From contig CM068755.1 in NCBI GenBank assembly GCA_035084275.1, positions 11,904,001 through 11,968,000 on the forward strand: a DNA stretch of 64,000 nt. Direction: 5' to 3'. Numbering within the stretch: the stretch's first letter is position 1; each line of letters starts with the position of its first letter. Position numbers and translations under genes: made by a program. The stretch comes from Hydrolagus colliei (Eukaryota). Under the pieces are notes generated by a model, which saw nothing but the letters and a program-made list of their open reading frames with translations, was not told the DNA's origin and did not search any database. Of this stretch, positions 1 to 14,142 are shown in pieces.

Positions 1-1239
1 CCGTGCTCATCAATAGATTATTATTTTTAAACAACTAATGGTAAAATAATATGGACTTGAATAATCAAGTCCTTGAATATCCTTCAATAATCAAGGATTC
101 TCCTTTGTAGCCTGCACAGTCCACTTTTCAGTCGGAGGCTGTAAGGTAGGGCAGAAATACTCAATTCTGAGTTTATTCGAGTTTACCCTTTTTACCATGG
201 AGTCACTGTGGGCTGTGCTGACTGTTAACAACGCCCCAGTTAAAATCTTTGCGATTAATGACTAGGAATCTGCAGTGGTAATGAGAGTCAATTGCACTTG
301 CCAGTTCAGGACCAATTTACAGCAAAGTGTTTAAAAAAAGGATAAAGGTAATATGAGAATTAATGAGGAGAAATCTAATTGCAGTACATTTTATGATGGA
401 TGTGGCAAACAGAAAATAGAATATAATATGAGGAAATACAGTAAGTAATACAATAATTGCCAGAGCATTTGGGCAAAGCATTGGAAATATGAGCAAGCAA
501 TGGGGGAAGGTGTAACAAATGATAATAGGACCCTACTTTCAAACCAAGTCATTAACTCCAACTGCAGCAATACATCTGCCTGAGCCAGTGATCAGGGGCT
601 CCATGGCAGACAGCAAGACCAAAATCACAGTTGGTATCGACTGAACTGTGAGGAAATTACATCTCAGTGGACACTTAACATGTATTTTTCTTTGCTGATT
701 GCTGGGTGATTGCTGGGAAATGGCATAAGAAAAAAAAACTGAACAGAAATAGAGGCTCATTTACATCTTCAAACGGGTTTTCAGATGTACCTAAATTCAC
801 GCAAAACGAAGACCGATGTGATCGATTTTGTGAAATTTGATGAAAGTAAATGGGCACTTCAGGCAACATCAAAGTGAATGTTTCCCTGATTCTCAGGATT
901 GAATGTAGTGCTCTGGCATTGGAGACTAAAAATAGACCTTTTATTAGCACTTCACGTACTCTCATTTAACCATATGAAAGAAAGAGGCTTGAAGTGGTAT
1001 TAGGAAAGGATGGGACACTGTGATTGTGTGAATGTCTCTGAGAGCTGCTTCAGATTTAATGGTCGGAATGGTCTCCTATGCTGTAGGTTTATAGGAATGT
1101 AAATCTCAGATTTTGTCACCTTCCTTGACCATATTTTTTGCCTTTCATTCGACTTTTATTTGGTGCTTTCACCAAGTTGCCACATGGCAACCTTATGGTG
1201 CCAATAGGCTATTTAATAATACAAATAATAATCAGTATG

Positions 1240-1380
1240 ATATCTCATTTGAAGATAGCACCTCCAACATTGCAGCAAACCCCCAGCATTTCATTAGATT
1301 AGATGAATTCCAAGTCCCAACATGCGGTTTGACCTCACACCTTTTTGACTCAGAACGACTCAGGCTGACATAGCTGAAGC
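1240..1380 (-). mobile_element. Ancient Deu-domain SINE remnant (SacSINE1/AmnSINE1-like)
   Basis: atctcatttgaagatagcacctccaacattgcagca...tttgacctcacacctttttgactcaga resembles the reverse Deu-SINE consensus (from recall). Confidence 0.65.
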
Positions 1381-1469
1381 TATTCCTTTCATCATCTGAA
1401 GTCCTCCCTTCATATGCAGTTCCACCAGTCACTGGAGAACAATCAAGAGCTGAATTCTTATGATTGATT

Positions 1470-1610
1470 AATCTGGGACGATGGAGGCCAATTATCGTGT
1501 CCTTAGTACTGCTGAAGATGAGATCAGCTGACGTGGGAGCGAGGGGAATCAAACCTGGAATCATCCCAGACTGGGTGGCTGATTTACTTCATAATCTGCC
1601 TGAGCCACTA
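1470..1610 (-). mobile_element. Head of a second ancient tRNA-type SINE family
   Basis: Reverse reads gtggctcag...ccaggtttgattccc...cagctgatctca...aattggcctc; cagctgatctc is shared with the copy at 15350. Confidence 0.55.
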
Positions 1611-1839
1611 ATAAATATTTAATGATTACTGTACAGCTGAGGGGTTGGATTACTTTAAGACGGGCGGGCTGTCACATCCACTCAATTAAAACACTATTGA
1701 TTTGAAGGAAACTTCTAAAGCTTCATACCATTTCTAAATAGCAGCCAATGTTTCTGTTGGCAGTCAGTTCTAATAGTGCATTCCCCTCCCACACACTCCC
1801 TCCTCCCTTTAAGATTACTTATCCCGGCTAGCGGAGCAG

Positions 1840-2040
1840 TTGGTTGTAAGAATGGAGGGAAATCAGTCAGGCTTCATGTTCCTTGTGCTATTCAGAGATT
1901 TACTGGAAGGTGTGGCCATTGGGTGAAGACAAGACTGGGTTTTCCTTTGATGCCTCCCCACTTCCCCTCTCTCCAAAATAGCCTGATAACACTCGTCCTC
2001 AAGACTCGCATATGTCCAGTCACTTGGGTAAGGCACCATG
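1840..2040 (+). repeat. Copy 1 of a local ~180-bp duplication (segment of the second SINE family)
   Basis: Highly similar to 2862-3039, for example ggagggaaatcagtcaggcttcatgttc and ttactggaaggtgtggccat are identical. Confidence 0.9.
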
Positions 2041-2861
2041 CCTAATTAAAAGGAAAAAATGGGAGAAGATAAAATCCTAATTGAGGTCTCTTTGGATTTA
2101 CATTTAATTTTAGTTTACTTTCAAATACAAGCAAATTGCTACTTCCAATTCAACTGTTTAAGAGATTTGTGCAGTGCTGCTTGAAAGATTCAGCATTGCA
2201 TCTTTCAAAGCTGAAATGTCTTTATAATTGTGCTTCGAAAGTCTGTCATTCGGGTTAATTCCAATTGCTATTCCCAGCCTTATTGCATTGTTTATTGGAT
2301 TTTAGAGGTTTAGGATTGCCTTGATGGACAGCTCAAGCTCTTTCTATTGTTGGACTTGGTTACTTTCCCTTCCCCCTCTCTCCCGTGATTTTATAAATGT
2401 ATTATTTTTCCTTTAGCATACATAACCACATCAGTGCAAGTTGTTTTGTCAATCTGCATGCGCTTCGCTTTGCATTTAAATTCATATTTTCTAAACTATA
2501 GTTAGGATTGCTATCTCTTTAGTATTTTATACAGTGGATGTGCTTATTGATATCTGATCAAGCAATTGTTGTATGAACTATCAGTACATAAGAATTGATC
2601 ACTCCCCCTTCCCCCATCATATTAATATTCAAAATTAGTTATTGATTCCATGTATTGAAACATAAAATGCACTGTCTACTCTCTGAGGTGGCTCTTGGTA
2701 AATCCATTTTATCTGCACAGTGGCAGAGAGATTAGTAATTGGATGCTTTGGTCAATCACAAAGCTTTGTGTTTCTAATACACACACATTCTCTAACTCCT
2801 TCACACATACATGCTCTTCTCACACACTCAGACACCATCTCCACACGTACCCTCCCACCAA

Positions 2862-3039
2862 TTGATTGCAAGAGAGGAGGGAAATCAGTCAGGCTTCATG
2901 TTCTTTGTGCTATTCAGAAACTTACTGGAAGGTGTGGCCATCGGATGAAGACAAGACTGGGTTTTGCTGTGATGCCTCCCCCCTCCCTTCTCCAAAAAAT
3001 AGCCTGATAACAATGGTCTTCAAGACTCGAATATATCCA
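2862..3039 (+). repeat. Copy 2 of the local duplication
   Basis: Direct alignment with 1840-2017. Confidence 0.9.
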
Positions 3040-5335
3040 CCATACACGCACTTGCCCCTCCGTCCCTCCCACACACTCTCCCCCTCACACACCCTTCTCA
3101 AAACTGTATCCTGTTGAATCTATAATAACTTCTCCATTAAGGTGGTCTTGTAAACAGGCGTGCTTACCTGGTAGCACAACGCACAAGCCTGAATGGCATT
3201 TTGCAGAATAATCTGATCTACTTATTTTGAATCCCGACTGCCGAAAGAATAGAATCCAACATTATTGAGCCTGTAGAACAGCCAATGCCTCCCTCGCACT
3301 TCCCCTGCTTGCCTTACTTTTTTTTGTTCCTAACTGTCGAGCTCTAATTTTGCTGTAATGTAATTCTGTTTTGTTTGAGGCAGCCGAGGAAGGACTGATC
3401 AATATGTATTAGCAGAACTAAATAAAATTTGTCTCCATGGATTATGGTAACGCATGTACCTTCTAAACGTATAACTAGACTAATGATTTGAAGTTTAGAA
3501 TAATTTTGCTGTAGCCCTAGGCGGCATGCAGCTCACTTGCCCTCAACGATTTTTATCAATCTTAATAGCAGTTCTTCATACCCATGTTTAGGAAAATGAT
3601 TGGAAAATACATTGTAATGCAGAAGTACAGTATTAGCATTTTAATAACAATTTAATTCCCATCATAAATTGATGCTATAAGCTGTGCTCCTAGGACGGGC
3701 TATTTTTAACTTAAATATGGATTGTCATGAAGCTCTGCAGCTTGTCAAAAGTCATGAGAATTCACAATATAATACTGCATGAATATTGAAGCTGTCTAAC
3801 AACGAAGCTTAAAAATGGCCAAAGATATTGGCTTTATTCAATCCTTTTGTTCCCAGAGTTTTCAATGTAAAGGAAATTCTATACTGTAGTTAAATAAAAT
3901 GTATGGATATGGTGATGGTTTAATAGGACATTCTATGCTGAAACACAAAGCGCCTGGCAGTTCATTAGACACAAAGCTGAACTGGGAAATCTTTCAAATA
4001 AGCTAAGAAAGACGGGTTTCTGGTTTTATTATGGGGAGTGGGTAGGAATGCTGTTTTTCCGTCTGTAAAGCTTCTCTTATCTTTACTTTGTCAGGCACGT
4101 ATTCCTTCTAGTTTCTTCAGTTCAGGTCCACAGCTAGAGTTCTGCAGAACAGGTTAGTGGAGTGAGTGGGGGACATACTGTGTCGGGTCCTACATAGGTC
4201 AACCTATACGAATAAAGGTTTAAAATGTTGCCTGGTGCAGGAGTGTATTTAGGGTAATTCCTGTTAGCCGACTGAGACAATGTTTGAAGTTACTTGGCAC
4301 CTTTCGTGCTCTACGAGCTGCAGTCGTGAGGATTACGCTCCTTCTGAGTTGCAGAGTTGGTGAGAACTGTGGAGGTATCCTAGCCAATCACTGGACGCTG
4401 ATGTACAACAGAAGCATATTCTGGGTTAGTGCTTCTGTTTTAGTTTTCTTCTGTAAAGAATAGTGTAGAAATGCAGATTTAAGAGTGATCTAGTTTTTCT
4501 TTATGCTTGTTGATTTCTCCAGTCGTAAATGACTTGGATGCATTTCTGCATTGACTGATGGCTGCTGATGAGCTTAGTTTGACCCTAGATCAATGATTAT
4601 TTCACAAGTTCTTTCCATTAATGGGGTTAGTCACAGGTATGTTTGAATCAGCCATGGCTGCAGATTTTGTCCTACTTAAAGTACATGGAGTCTGAGCTGT
4701 TTCCTGTTTGTGGTTTTGTCAAAGATTAATTGCAGCCCCTGTTCTTCTTTGCTCGATGAAATATAAGACATACAGGAGTTCATTATAGTCTAGAGAAATC
4801 ATTTGTGAAGTTCAGACAGACCAGTGTTCAAAACCTAACATTATTGCTGTGACTTCATAAAACTACATCAAAAATGTAATTCTTTTGAGTAAAATGAAAT
4901 GCTTCACATTGCATTTTTTTAATAAAAGGTTAATATTTCTCAATCTAAATCCCTTTAATATCAGGAGGGCTGTGGTTAACGTAAGCGAAAGTGGCCAGCT
5001 GATTTTCTTTTGCGTGTAAATCATTGTGGGGTGCCAAGCAAGTGAAATGCTTCAACAAATTACACTAAATCACCAGCATCTGGCCCTTTGCTGAAGCAGC
5101 TTCGTGTTTGGAGCTATTTCTCTGAAATGATTGGATAAATGATTCTTAGTCCATGATCTTCGTGATTAAATTTTAAGGTGAATGGTCATGAAAACCCACA
5201 ATGATTTGTTGTGTTGTGTTGCTATGGCATTCACAACCAGCATTTTAGACTACTATACAGCACTGCAGGCCATGTGTGGACAAACTAGAATACAAAACCC
5301 ATTTTTCTTGAAGGGAACATAACAACTAAAGACAT

Positions 5336-5562
5336 GCAAACAAAAACAGAAGTTGCTGGCGAAACTCAGCAGGTCAGGCAGCATCCATGGAGAAAGGAAA
5401 AAGAGTCAATGTTTCGGGTCTGCAACCCTTTTGTAGGGTTGACTCTAAACGTTGACTCTCTTTCCTTTCTCCATGGATGCTGCCTGACCTGCTGAGTTTT
5501 GCCAGCAACTTCTGTTTTTGTTTCAGATTCCCAGCATCTGTAGTATTGTGTGTTTTGTTTAG
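5336..5562. mobile_element. Fold-back (palindromic) element resembling the chondrichthyan Penelope-associated repeat, with 10-bp TSD
   Basis: Arms at 5338-5414 and 5447-5523 are reverse complements with only 3 differences. Direct repeat CTAAAGACAT at 5326-5335 and 5563-5572. The motif gatgctgcctgacctgctgag is typical of shark Penelope-like termini (from recall). Confidence 0.8.
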
Positions 5563-7225
5563 CTAAAGACATACATGTTGGTGAAAACTATATACCACAT
5601 CAACACGTCTTAGTTTAACACAGCGCATGGAATCTGCCTCCTCCTGTATCCTGGTGGAATGCCAATGTTTTCTTTTAATGTGGGTAGGTCTGGGAGATAA
5701 TCCAAAACTGACAAACCCCAGGATCTATCATTGTCTGGAGTCCTCTGACGTTGCTACAATGTACAGTTCAGGTCTCCACATGCACAAACCAGATCAGCAC
5801 ACATATTGGATCATCTTGGGGTTACAGTGGCACCCACCCTTAAACCTGTTCCATGCTAATTCAATCAGATCAAAGAGTCGGTGTATTGCCACATCATAAT
5901 AAGACTTAATTGGCTAAATGGATTTATCGGACTGACGCATATTTTGAATTGGATGGTGGAGCTGAGGGTCAGAAAGGAGATGAAGTTGCAAGACAACGGA
6001 GAGGTCTGCGATGTATATCAGGACTGTGTGTTTCTAAAAACTGCTTCAAGCAAGTGAGCAACAATTGATGTTTCAGTTCCATTAGCATTGTGTCAGTGCA
6101 GGCACTAAATGGAGGGTGAATGTTCATGGCACCAACAACAACAAAATTACATTTATAGAGTGCCTCTTACGTCGGAATCCCAGTTAAGCTGTCTCGAAAG
6201 AGCAATTTCTTTAAAAGTACACAGATCTAATGTCATGCTTGTGCGGTAACCTTTAGCCCTAGGGTTCCCATTTCTGGTGAGACAATCTATAACTCAGGAT
6301 GCCTGGAGCCCTGACCGCACCTCTAGTTAACATGACAAACACTGGAGTCAGTTGGCTTCTATCTATAAGAAGTCGATATGCATCAGACATTCATGAGGTT
6401 TTGCAACTTGTCAATTTGTGATGACTAATATTACAATAAAATGACTTAGAGCGATACATCTTAAGGGAATGCCAAAAGAAAATCTTTATTTCTCTCTTCA
6501 GCCATTCATCAATTTTAAGAATGCAAGATTTTTTAGATCGACCACCATTGTTGCTTAAATTCAAGAAATTTAATGGAAAAATCTTTAACATTTATGTTAA
6601 ATTAGCCTTTGGAGATGAAGTACATTGAACAATTCCCACTGGCGTTTGAATGGGAGATGAAAAACCAGGCGGATAAGATTCCATCAACGGCCATAAGAAA
6701 GTTCGAAGAAATATTGATCACGTTTTCTCTTAAGTCTGCTCCTTATGTTGACAGATTTGAGACAACTCTGATGTTTGAATTTCAATAAGGTTTGTGAAGC
6801 ACTCTGCACTTACCGCCTGCAAATTTTCACCAAGAGTGCACGGTTGACTTTTGTGACTCCTGTACTGGCTATCCTAACATATCCACTGGGTAGTGGTGCA
6901 ACACTCCTCCATCATTACATTTATCTTTTTAGAAGCATTTTCCATTGCCAACATCTTTGTCCCTGTATCCTTATCAAATTGACACGTGTTATCTAAATTT
7001 GCCGCCGAGACGATATTATGACAAGTGGAGAAACTAGCCAATTGACAATATAAATAGTGACTGGCACATTAAGAGTTAAATACATTGCTCTCTGTTGAAA
7101 TAGATCTTGTGTAGATCAGCAGAAAGATACTGCTTAACACATGCAACATGTTCAGAGCCAATCCAACAGATTGGAACGTTAGATCAAGCTGTTTCCTCGA
7201 ATCAGTTACTGTAATATTAAAATCT

Positions 7226-7252
7226 GGGTGGTGGGGGGGGGGGGGGGGGGGG
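7226..7252 (+). repeat. Poly-G tract
   Basis: gggtggt followed by an uninterrupted G run. Confidence 0.9.
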
Positions 7253-10170
7253 AATAGTGCTTTGCTTTTTTTTGGTACTTAATGACCCTTTTCTCAACCA
7301 AGAAGTGGAGCAAAGGCAGTGGTGGGTCACAAACTGGACATTTCAGTTGGCCAATGACATCTGCTTTGCAAATACAGTACTGTACTGATAAATATCACTG
7401 ATCAACGCTGTGTTTAACAGCAGCTTTCTGGTTGCTAGAGGATGTCAAGCGTTTGAGTTAGTTCAGACCTTTGAATTTCAATGCAGTTTGTGAAACACTC
7501 TGTACGTACATTATGAATGTCAATTACATTGGCAGTCAAACACAACTGTCCATCTTTTCAGGAGAAGTTAGGCAAAATGGTAATGTCTATGGGCAGTACA
7601 GTATGTAGTTGCGAGAGAAAATGGAGGCACGCTTTGCCAGATAATAAGAGAATAGGATATCTGAAGATGTAGATCCTTTGCCACCACTTGACCTCCAGAA
7701 GAAATTGTTCCTCCATTCATGACATAAAATGACACCCTGAGTTCCAACAATCAAATACAATTCAAACCAATTGTGCTGAGCACATTTTTAAAGTGTAATT
7801 TTGCTGTCTATTAAAATGCAGTGTAAAGTGACAAATTAAGCAGTGAATTTGTGTCAGCGCAAATACGACAGTATTAAATGGGACCCGTTAGTTTTGAGCA
7901 GAATTAACTCATAAAGAGGAGAGATGAGTTTGGAAGAACAACATCTATGCAGAAAATGATTTTTGCTGCTCGTGTTGCTCTGTTCACTGATGAATGTTTG
8001 TGCAAATTAGACCTGAAAATGCATCAGATAAGGATCCACAGAGCGTCTTGAAATGCCAATGCCCTTTGCAAATGTATGCTCAGTGAATCTTTAAACGATA
8101 TATGCGACTGCAAGGATTCCAAAGTGGTATTGCATCTTCCTTATGTTAAGATCTGCTTTAGTGGAATTATAGATGTTCTTCTGATGATAAAAGCACTGGC
8201 GCCTACTGATCTTGAGTTTGTGCCAGAAAGTGCAGATAATCTGATCTCTTCATCTTATGCTGAACAATGCATGATATCTTGTGTAAAAACAAATTGTTTT
8301 ATTTAAGAAAAACTTCATGTTATGTAGGATCGACATTTTTAGGAACACCATTTGAACTGAAAAACATATTTTTGAAGGAATTATGTTGTATTTCTGCTAA
8401 CGTTAAGTTACAAGGATGGATTTATTAATATATCCTTGACACAGGACTGATTATTGAAATATTCCGGTGCATTGAAGGCAGGCTATTTCACCGAGATGAA
8501 AGGAACAGAAATTTACATGGCGGCAAAGACTTGGATTAACTAGACAGTAAAAGTTTGTATAACTTCTGAAAACACTTTGACATTAAAAATAGTGCATTGA
8601 AGTGAATTTGTACAAAATCTTTTTTTCACTAAAATATATCTTTAGCATTATTTTAAAAAATGAAATCCTCTTTAGAATTAAAAGCAAGATTTAGGAATTC
8701 TCCATTCTCAAAAGTTACTAGAGATATATTTTTAAATCCTCACACTTTGAGGATTTTTTTTTCCACAGTGTCTTTCTGCACTTATTTTATTTGCTGAAGG
8801 GATTATTATGAATGTCACTCAGATTTCCAGCGCTGTTATTTTTAAATATGATATTACTGGTTGCCTGATAATTATGAATACCTTTGACAAGATTGCCAGC
8901 CTTTGCTTCTATAACATCATAACTGCCTGGTCATTTCCTGACAGCAGTTTGATGGTAAATCATAATAGTTTATTTAAAATAAGAATTTAAAGAAGCTTGC
9001 AATGCCTCACTTTAAGCAGATGATTCTGAGAAGGCTTCTCAGTGCACTTACCAATAATCCCTCCATTTAATGTATGCCATACAGATCAGGAGGACATCTC
9101 AAAGCACTTTGCATGATATACCCTAAGTGTGTAGTGAATGTATATTTATAGGTGAACAAGGCAGCCAATTTAACCACAACACTGTCCCACAAACAACCAC
9201 AAAGTGACTTAACTGGAAACTACAAAGCCCCCCCACTCTGTGTTGTGCCTCTGTAGTGGTTAGACTCTGAGATTTTATCAGCCAGAAATTGTTTGTTTTC
9301 CAACAACTTCACTCTAGATTTATGTGACCTGAATACTTATGCAGTATGTGACAGTTATTGTTGTTTTCACTTACCTTCAGATGAAATTCTCTGATAACAA
9401 ATAATGAAATTCTTATAGATTGGCTAATTAGTGTTGTAAGAAAATGGATGAAAAACATTCTCTTGGTGTTATAGATAATTTCCTGATTAAAGGAGGCTTC
9501 TCATAAACAACGCTTGTTCTCCATCAGAGAACAGGATATGAATTCAGTGCAACAACCTTTACTTTAGCAGCAGTCCAACCTGAAAAGCAAAATCCACCTG
9601 TATAATATGCTGTGCTTCTGGTGTGCATGATAATTCAGCTGGCAAACATGTTTATCATGTTTTCATTGCGCACAGAAAGAGCTGGCAAAACTATCTATCT
9701 CCCCAGTGATGCTATATTAGGGCAGTTCTTTCTTCTTTTGAAAGCCTTATCATTAAGCCAGTGAGTTATGAGATACCACCTTGTGAATGACAGAATGCCT
9801 CACACTTATCCTTGCCCTTAAGAACTCCCAATATTCAGTGGCTCTAAATTTCTACTGGGAGAAATTTCACACAGCTCCAGATATGCTGTATTTATGTAGC
9901 ATTTTAAAGTTATCAAATTTGCCAAATTGCTGAGTAGAATCTTACTTTGAAAAAATTTTCTCCAGTTCTCAAACGAAACCAGAAAACCAATTTCAAAACT
10001 ACGACTGTATTTAAGAATTTGTCAAATTCTCAGTGTTCTGAATGAATAGAATAAATATAGACGAAGGTGGAAATTTCTCCCCTGAACATTTCTCTTGATA
10101 GAATTTGAAGTGCCACACTGGTGCTGATGATTCATTCGGTCATTTCAATGCTTTTAATAAAAGCTGCATT

Positions 10171-10198
10171 ACACACACACACACACATACACACACAC
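10171..10198 (+). repeat. (CA)n microsatellite
   Basis: Direct reading; one interruption. Confidence 0.9.
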
Positions 10199-11919
10199 AA
10201 AGCAAAAATATTGAAATAGTAATGGTGAAAGAGTTTGGTATTTCAGAGGTGTTAGATTAGCATCTCTTATCAGAGCAATGCAAAATTACATTTGTATAGT
10301 GCCTTTTACGATGGGAAGACGTCTCAAGGCACTAGAGAGTTAGGGATTTGGACCTCAACATGATGTGTGGAGAAACAAATGCAACGAGCCAAATGACCTA
10401 CTCCTATTCCAATTTTGCATTTAGAGGTGAACTGTAGGTCCCAGATTAGAAACACCATGATTGAAGTCCAAGAGCAGAATTTTTCAGCAAAGTAACCAGT
10501 AATACCAATTAACTGGTGAAAACTGAGTGCAGAATAAATCTGTTTACAATAGGTGGTAGCATATAGAGCCAGAGATATTTACAACACAGAAGACTGTATG
10601 GCCTATTGTGTCAGTACTGACTCTTTTAAGAGCAATCCATTTGCGTTGGGTGACTAAAACATTGTGATACCATTATAATATATAATAAGTCTTAAAGAAA
10701 TTATATATTTGTTTGTTTTAGATAAAATGGTAGATATCATAACTTTTTGGTCATCCTCTATTATGTCTGGATGTAATGGGAGGAGAGTGATTATAATTAC
10801 ATGGTGGGGTGGGGGATGCTCTGAATTTAAGTGGATTTGAATCTATGAAATGAGAATAGAAAAAATAAGCTTCCTAACTTTTAATTAAAAATGTGTTTCT
10901 CTCGACAAAAGATAGGAAACTCATATCATATCTTTAAAAGTTGCTCATTTAATTGTATTCCTTAAGTGTATTAAGAGCATTAATTTTTGTAAAGGAGAGT
11001 TGAGAGCAAAAGAAGACTTTTTGCTTCCATGCGCCCCCACCCCCCACCACCCTCCACCCCTTTAGTACGTTTGCATTTAGGCTTAACGTTTTATTTTCCT
11101 GTCATTTTATGGTTATCTTGTTTTAGTTCTGGCTGTGTGAACAATTTTTTTTTCACAGGAGTGACTCGTGAGACAAAAGGGTTGTAAAAATATGTGGAAC
11201 AAATAATAGTAATATAAAGCAGGAGAGTTGGCGAGTTACGACTGTTCGTGGGAAAGTGGAGGCACAAAATAGTATCCAGCTGCTTTCCCTGCAGAGAGAT
11301 CGGGAGAAATAGAGGACACATTCCTAAGTCTATTTACAGAGTGACGCTAGTCAAGGCCTGAGAGACTATGGACCGGTCTTAGTGAGAGAACCTAATCTAA
11401 AGAGAGGAATAAAATAGTCCCCGATGGGACTGAACAAACACTGTATGGGAATTTAAAAAAATGTATTCCTGATGACAAGTTTCAAAGATTTGCTTACTCT
11501 GGCAACAACAACAACAACAACAAATAAATCAAAGTTGTTGTTACTACTGTATGGATTTGGATTTTTGAAACTGCAGCAAAATAACAGGCTTAACTTTTTT
11601 TTAAAAACTGGGTAGGCAGGTGCCAAACATCTTGGATATTCTTGGTGTGCTCCCCTGTGGTCTAATAAATTGGCAGAGAAAGTTCGACAGGCTGAATAGT
11701 TGACCCCAATTCCAATGTGCCTTAGGATATATGGAAATGTTCTGAAGAACTTCTACAGTCTTGGTATCTTTGCTAACCCATGGTACTGAATTTAACCATG
11801 GATGATTATAACGTCACACTATGTCACATGTTTCACTCCCAATGTCGTTAGACCAGGCGTGTGCAGACTTCACACAAGCTAAGGTCATCCAGTTCAGGGA
11901 TCATTGAAAATATCTGATG

Positions 11920-12300
11920 TGAAGCATAAAGTTGGGATCTGAAGTCATCAAGAAGGTTTGAGTTTAAATAGAGTAGATAGGTTATCTTATTGGAAGTTCA
12001 AGCATTAAAACATTGATGACCTTCTGAAAGGATACGTCAGGATAATGGACGTGAAGAATGTTTAAAAACCAATATCTGAATTTTGCTGTTAACTGCCTCT
12101 ATTAGTACAGGAAATCTATTTACCCAGAGGGAATTTAGTGACTGGAACAGATGACCAAAAATGGTGGTTGAAGCTGCAATGCAGGACTCATTTTAAGAAA
12201 ACAGTTTGATGCTGTGTTGGGAAGATGGTAGTTTGGGTATTCTGGATGGATGAGATCAAATGGGCCACTAGACCTTCTTCATCCCAATCAATCTTGTGAT
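11920..12300 (+). mobile_element. Old CR1 3' fragment
   Basis: tttacccagaggg...gactggaac...gtggttgaagc...gactcattttaag...aaatgggcc...ccttcttcatcc...cttgtgat. Confidence 0.65.
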
Positions 12301-13669
12301 AATTGCCAGATTAAAATCTTAGGACAGAAATCCTTTCCATTCTTAGCATGTGCGACCATTTTGTCTTAAATGTCATATGGTATTGTGGCAAATGTTTCAA
12401 TTCAGCCCTAATTTAGAAGCTTTGTTCTAAGAACTGCAGAAACTGCCTTCCAGATTAAAATTGGATTAGAAAATGTTCTACAATTTTGTGGGATCCTAAA
12501 TTGCAAGAAAAAATGCTTTTGCAGGCCACGACTCATTGGAATTTCAGGCTTTGGATTTCAGCATCTTATTTAAAATATGTGGGTGATTTGAGCACTCATG
12601 AGCACATAAGTTGAACAGAAAATATTGCTGTAAAGCAATATTTCTGTTTCTTTGTCATTCGCAATAACATCTCCAAGTGAAATTAGCACTTATATTTTTG
12701 CAAAATTTGCAACTTCATTCAGCCAGCAATACTGCAAGATCAGTCATGCAAAGTAGACTGCACGTTTCAAAATAAAGCAAGGATTTGCACTGCATTTGCA
12801 AAATATGTTTATAGGTAGTTCTTTTGTAAATGATACCTCTGCGTGCAAGTGGATTGCATTGATACCATCTCGATAACAACCTGACTGAACTCAGTAGTAC
12901 ATTCACAATGCCAAACCCGCAATTACTCTCATCCATAACATTTAAAGGGGTATTGTCAGCAGGAATTTCTGGCTTCCAAACCAGAAATTACTGCATCTGA
13001 AGCGAAGCCAATCCAGGGTCCTCTAAAATGGAGGTAACCGTGGCATGCTGAATGTTTGAAAATATTCAAAAACACAGTTATTATCAAGATTATGGTCAGC
13101 CTATATGTCTGCAAAGCATTGTTGATGCACTTGAATTGGTTTGTTTATACAGGAGCTTTTGAGTTAAAAGCAGGAATTCCTAATCGCTCTGCTCCTAACC
13201 AGTGATTTCTTTCAGTGGCTCTCTTCCCGCTAGTTAACCTACAACTTTTCTGGGGCATGGTGCCAGTGCTCCGACTGAACTTTCTTTGAACCTTGAGAAT
13301 CTGTCTTTGGTTTACACATTTCTTGCACAGTCACTTATCTATATGTCAAACTCGCAGTTTCATTGAAGACTGCTTTTAAACTTTAATGTGTTCTCCTTTA
13401 AAGGATCGGCAACGTTAGGGCTGTACAGGATGAAATAAATGTTTGTGGGGTTCTTGTGATCAGCAGTGATCATCCATATCTGAGATTTGCGTTTGATGGA
13501 ATGAAAGAGATCACTGTTCCCATGTTCATGGGGATGTTTAGATGATGTCGGGTTAGCTGCTGTTGTCTCTAATGGAAGGAGGCAGATGTGAACTGATCAA
13601 ATCAAGAGCTGTGTGGATACAAATACTTCTCGTCTTCTATTGGTTCCAAACTCCCTCTGCTCGGAAACT

Positions 13670-13890
13670 GAACCTTCAGCTCTGTCCCATATCATCACCT
13701 TTCCCAAACCACCTAATCTCAAACTTTCTCCCTGCTTCCCAACATGTCTAAAATGCTTATCACTTTCATGAAGCCTTCAGACACCTTTAAAATTCTTCTC
13801 ACTACTTATTCAGCATTTTCCATTCTCCATTCTCATTGGGAACCCACCTTGCTGTAGAAGGAATTTTATAAATGCATGTGGTTCTTGTAT
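13670..13890 (+). mobile_element. Old, decayed L2 3' end; similar short tails at about 6130, 10280, 21125, 27090, 54700 and 57810
   Basis: Pyrimidine-rich body ending tgtagaaggaattttataaatgcatgtggttcttgt. Confidence 0.5.
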
Positions 13891-14142
13891 ATCTAATCGG
13901 GTGCAGTTTGACTTTGGGTAATTTCAGATTTGACAACTAGTTTGAAGCTCATACTTGACTTCTAAGGTCGCTGCAGGCATGAAGTGATTTTTGTGTTTAA
14001 TAATTTATTGGACACTGTACAGATATTTGAATGATCCAATATGAATAATTGAAGCATGCGCTGTAAAAGGAAATGACACCTGGTTTGCTTCCTTCCCAAG
14101 TCCTTCCAATGCCAGCATCCACGATTATCATTTGCTTTTAAG

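Noticed and set aside
3168-3270. Minus-strand exon-like segment with a CAG|GTAAGC donor
   Set aside because: Stops in all three frames and a weak acceptor; nothing supports a transcript.
9375-9579. Minus-strand segment with good acceptor and donor motifs
   Set aside because: Stops in all frames. An antisense non-coding exon cannot be excluded, but such pairs are expected by chance.
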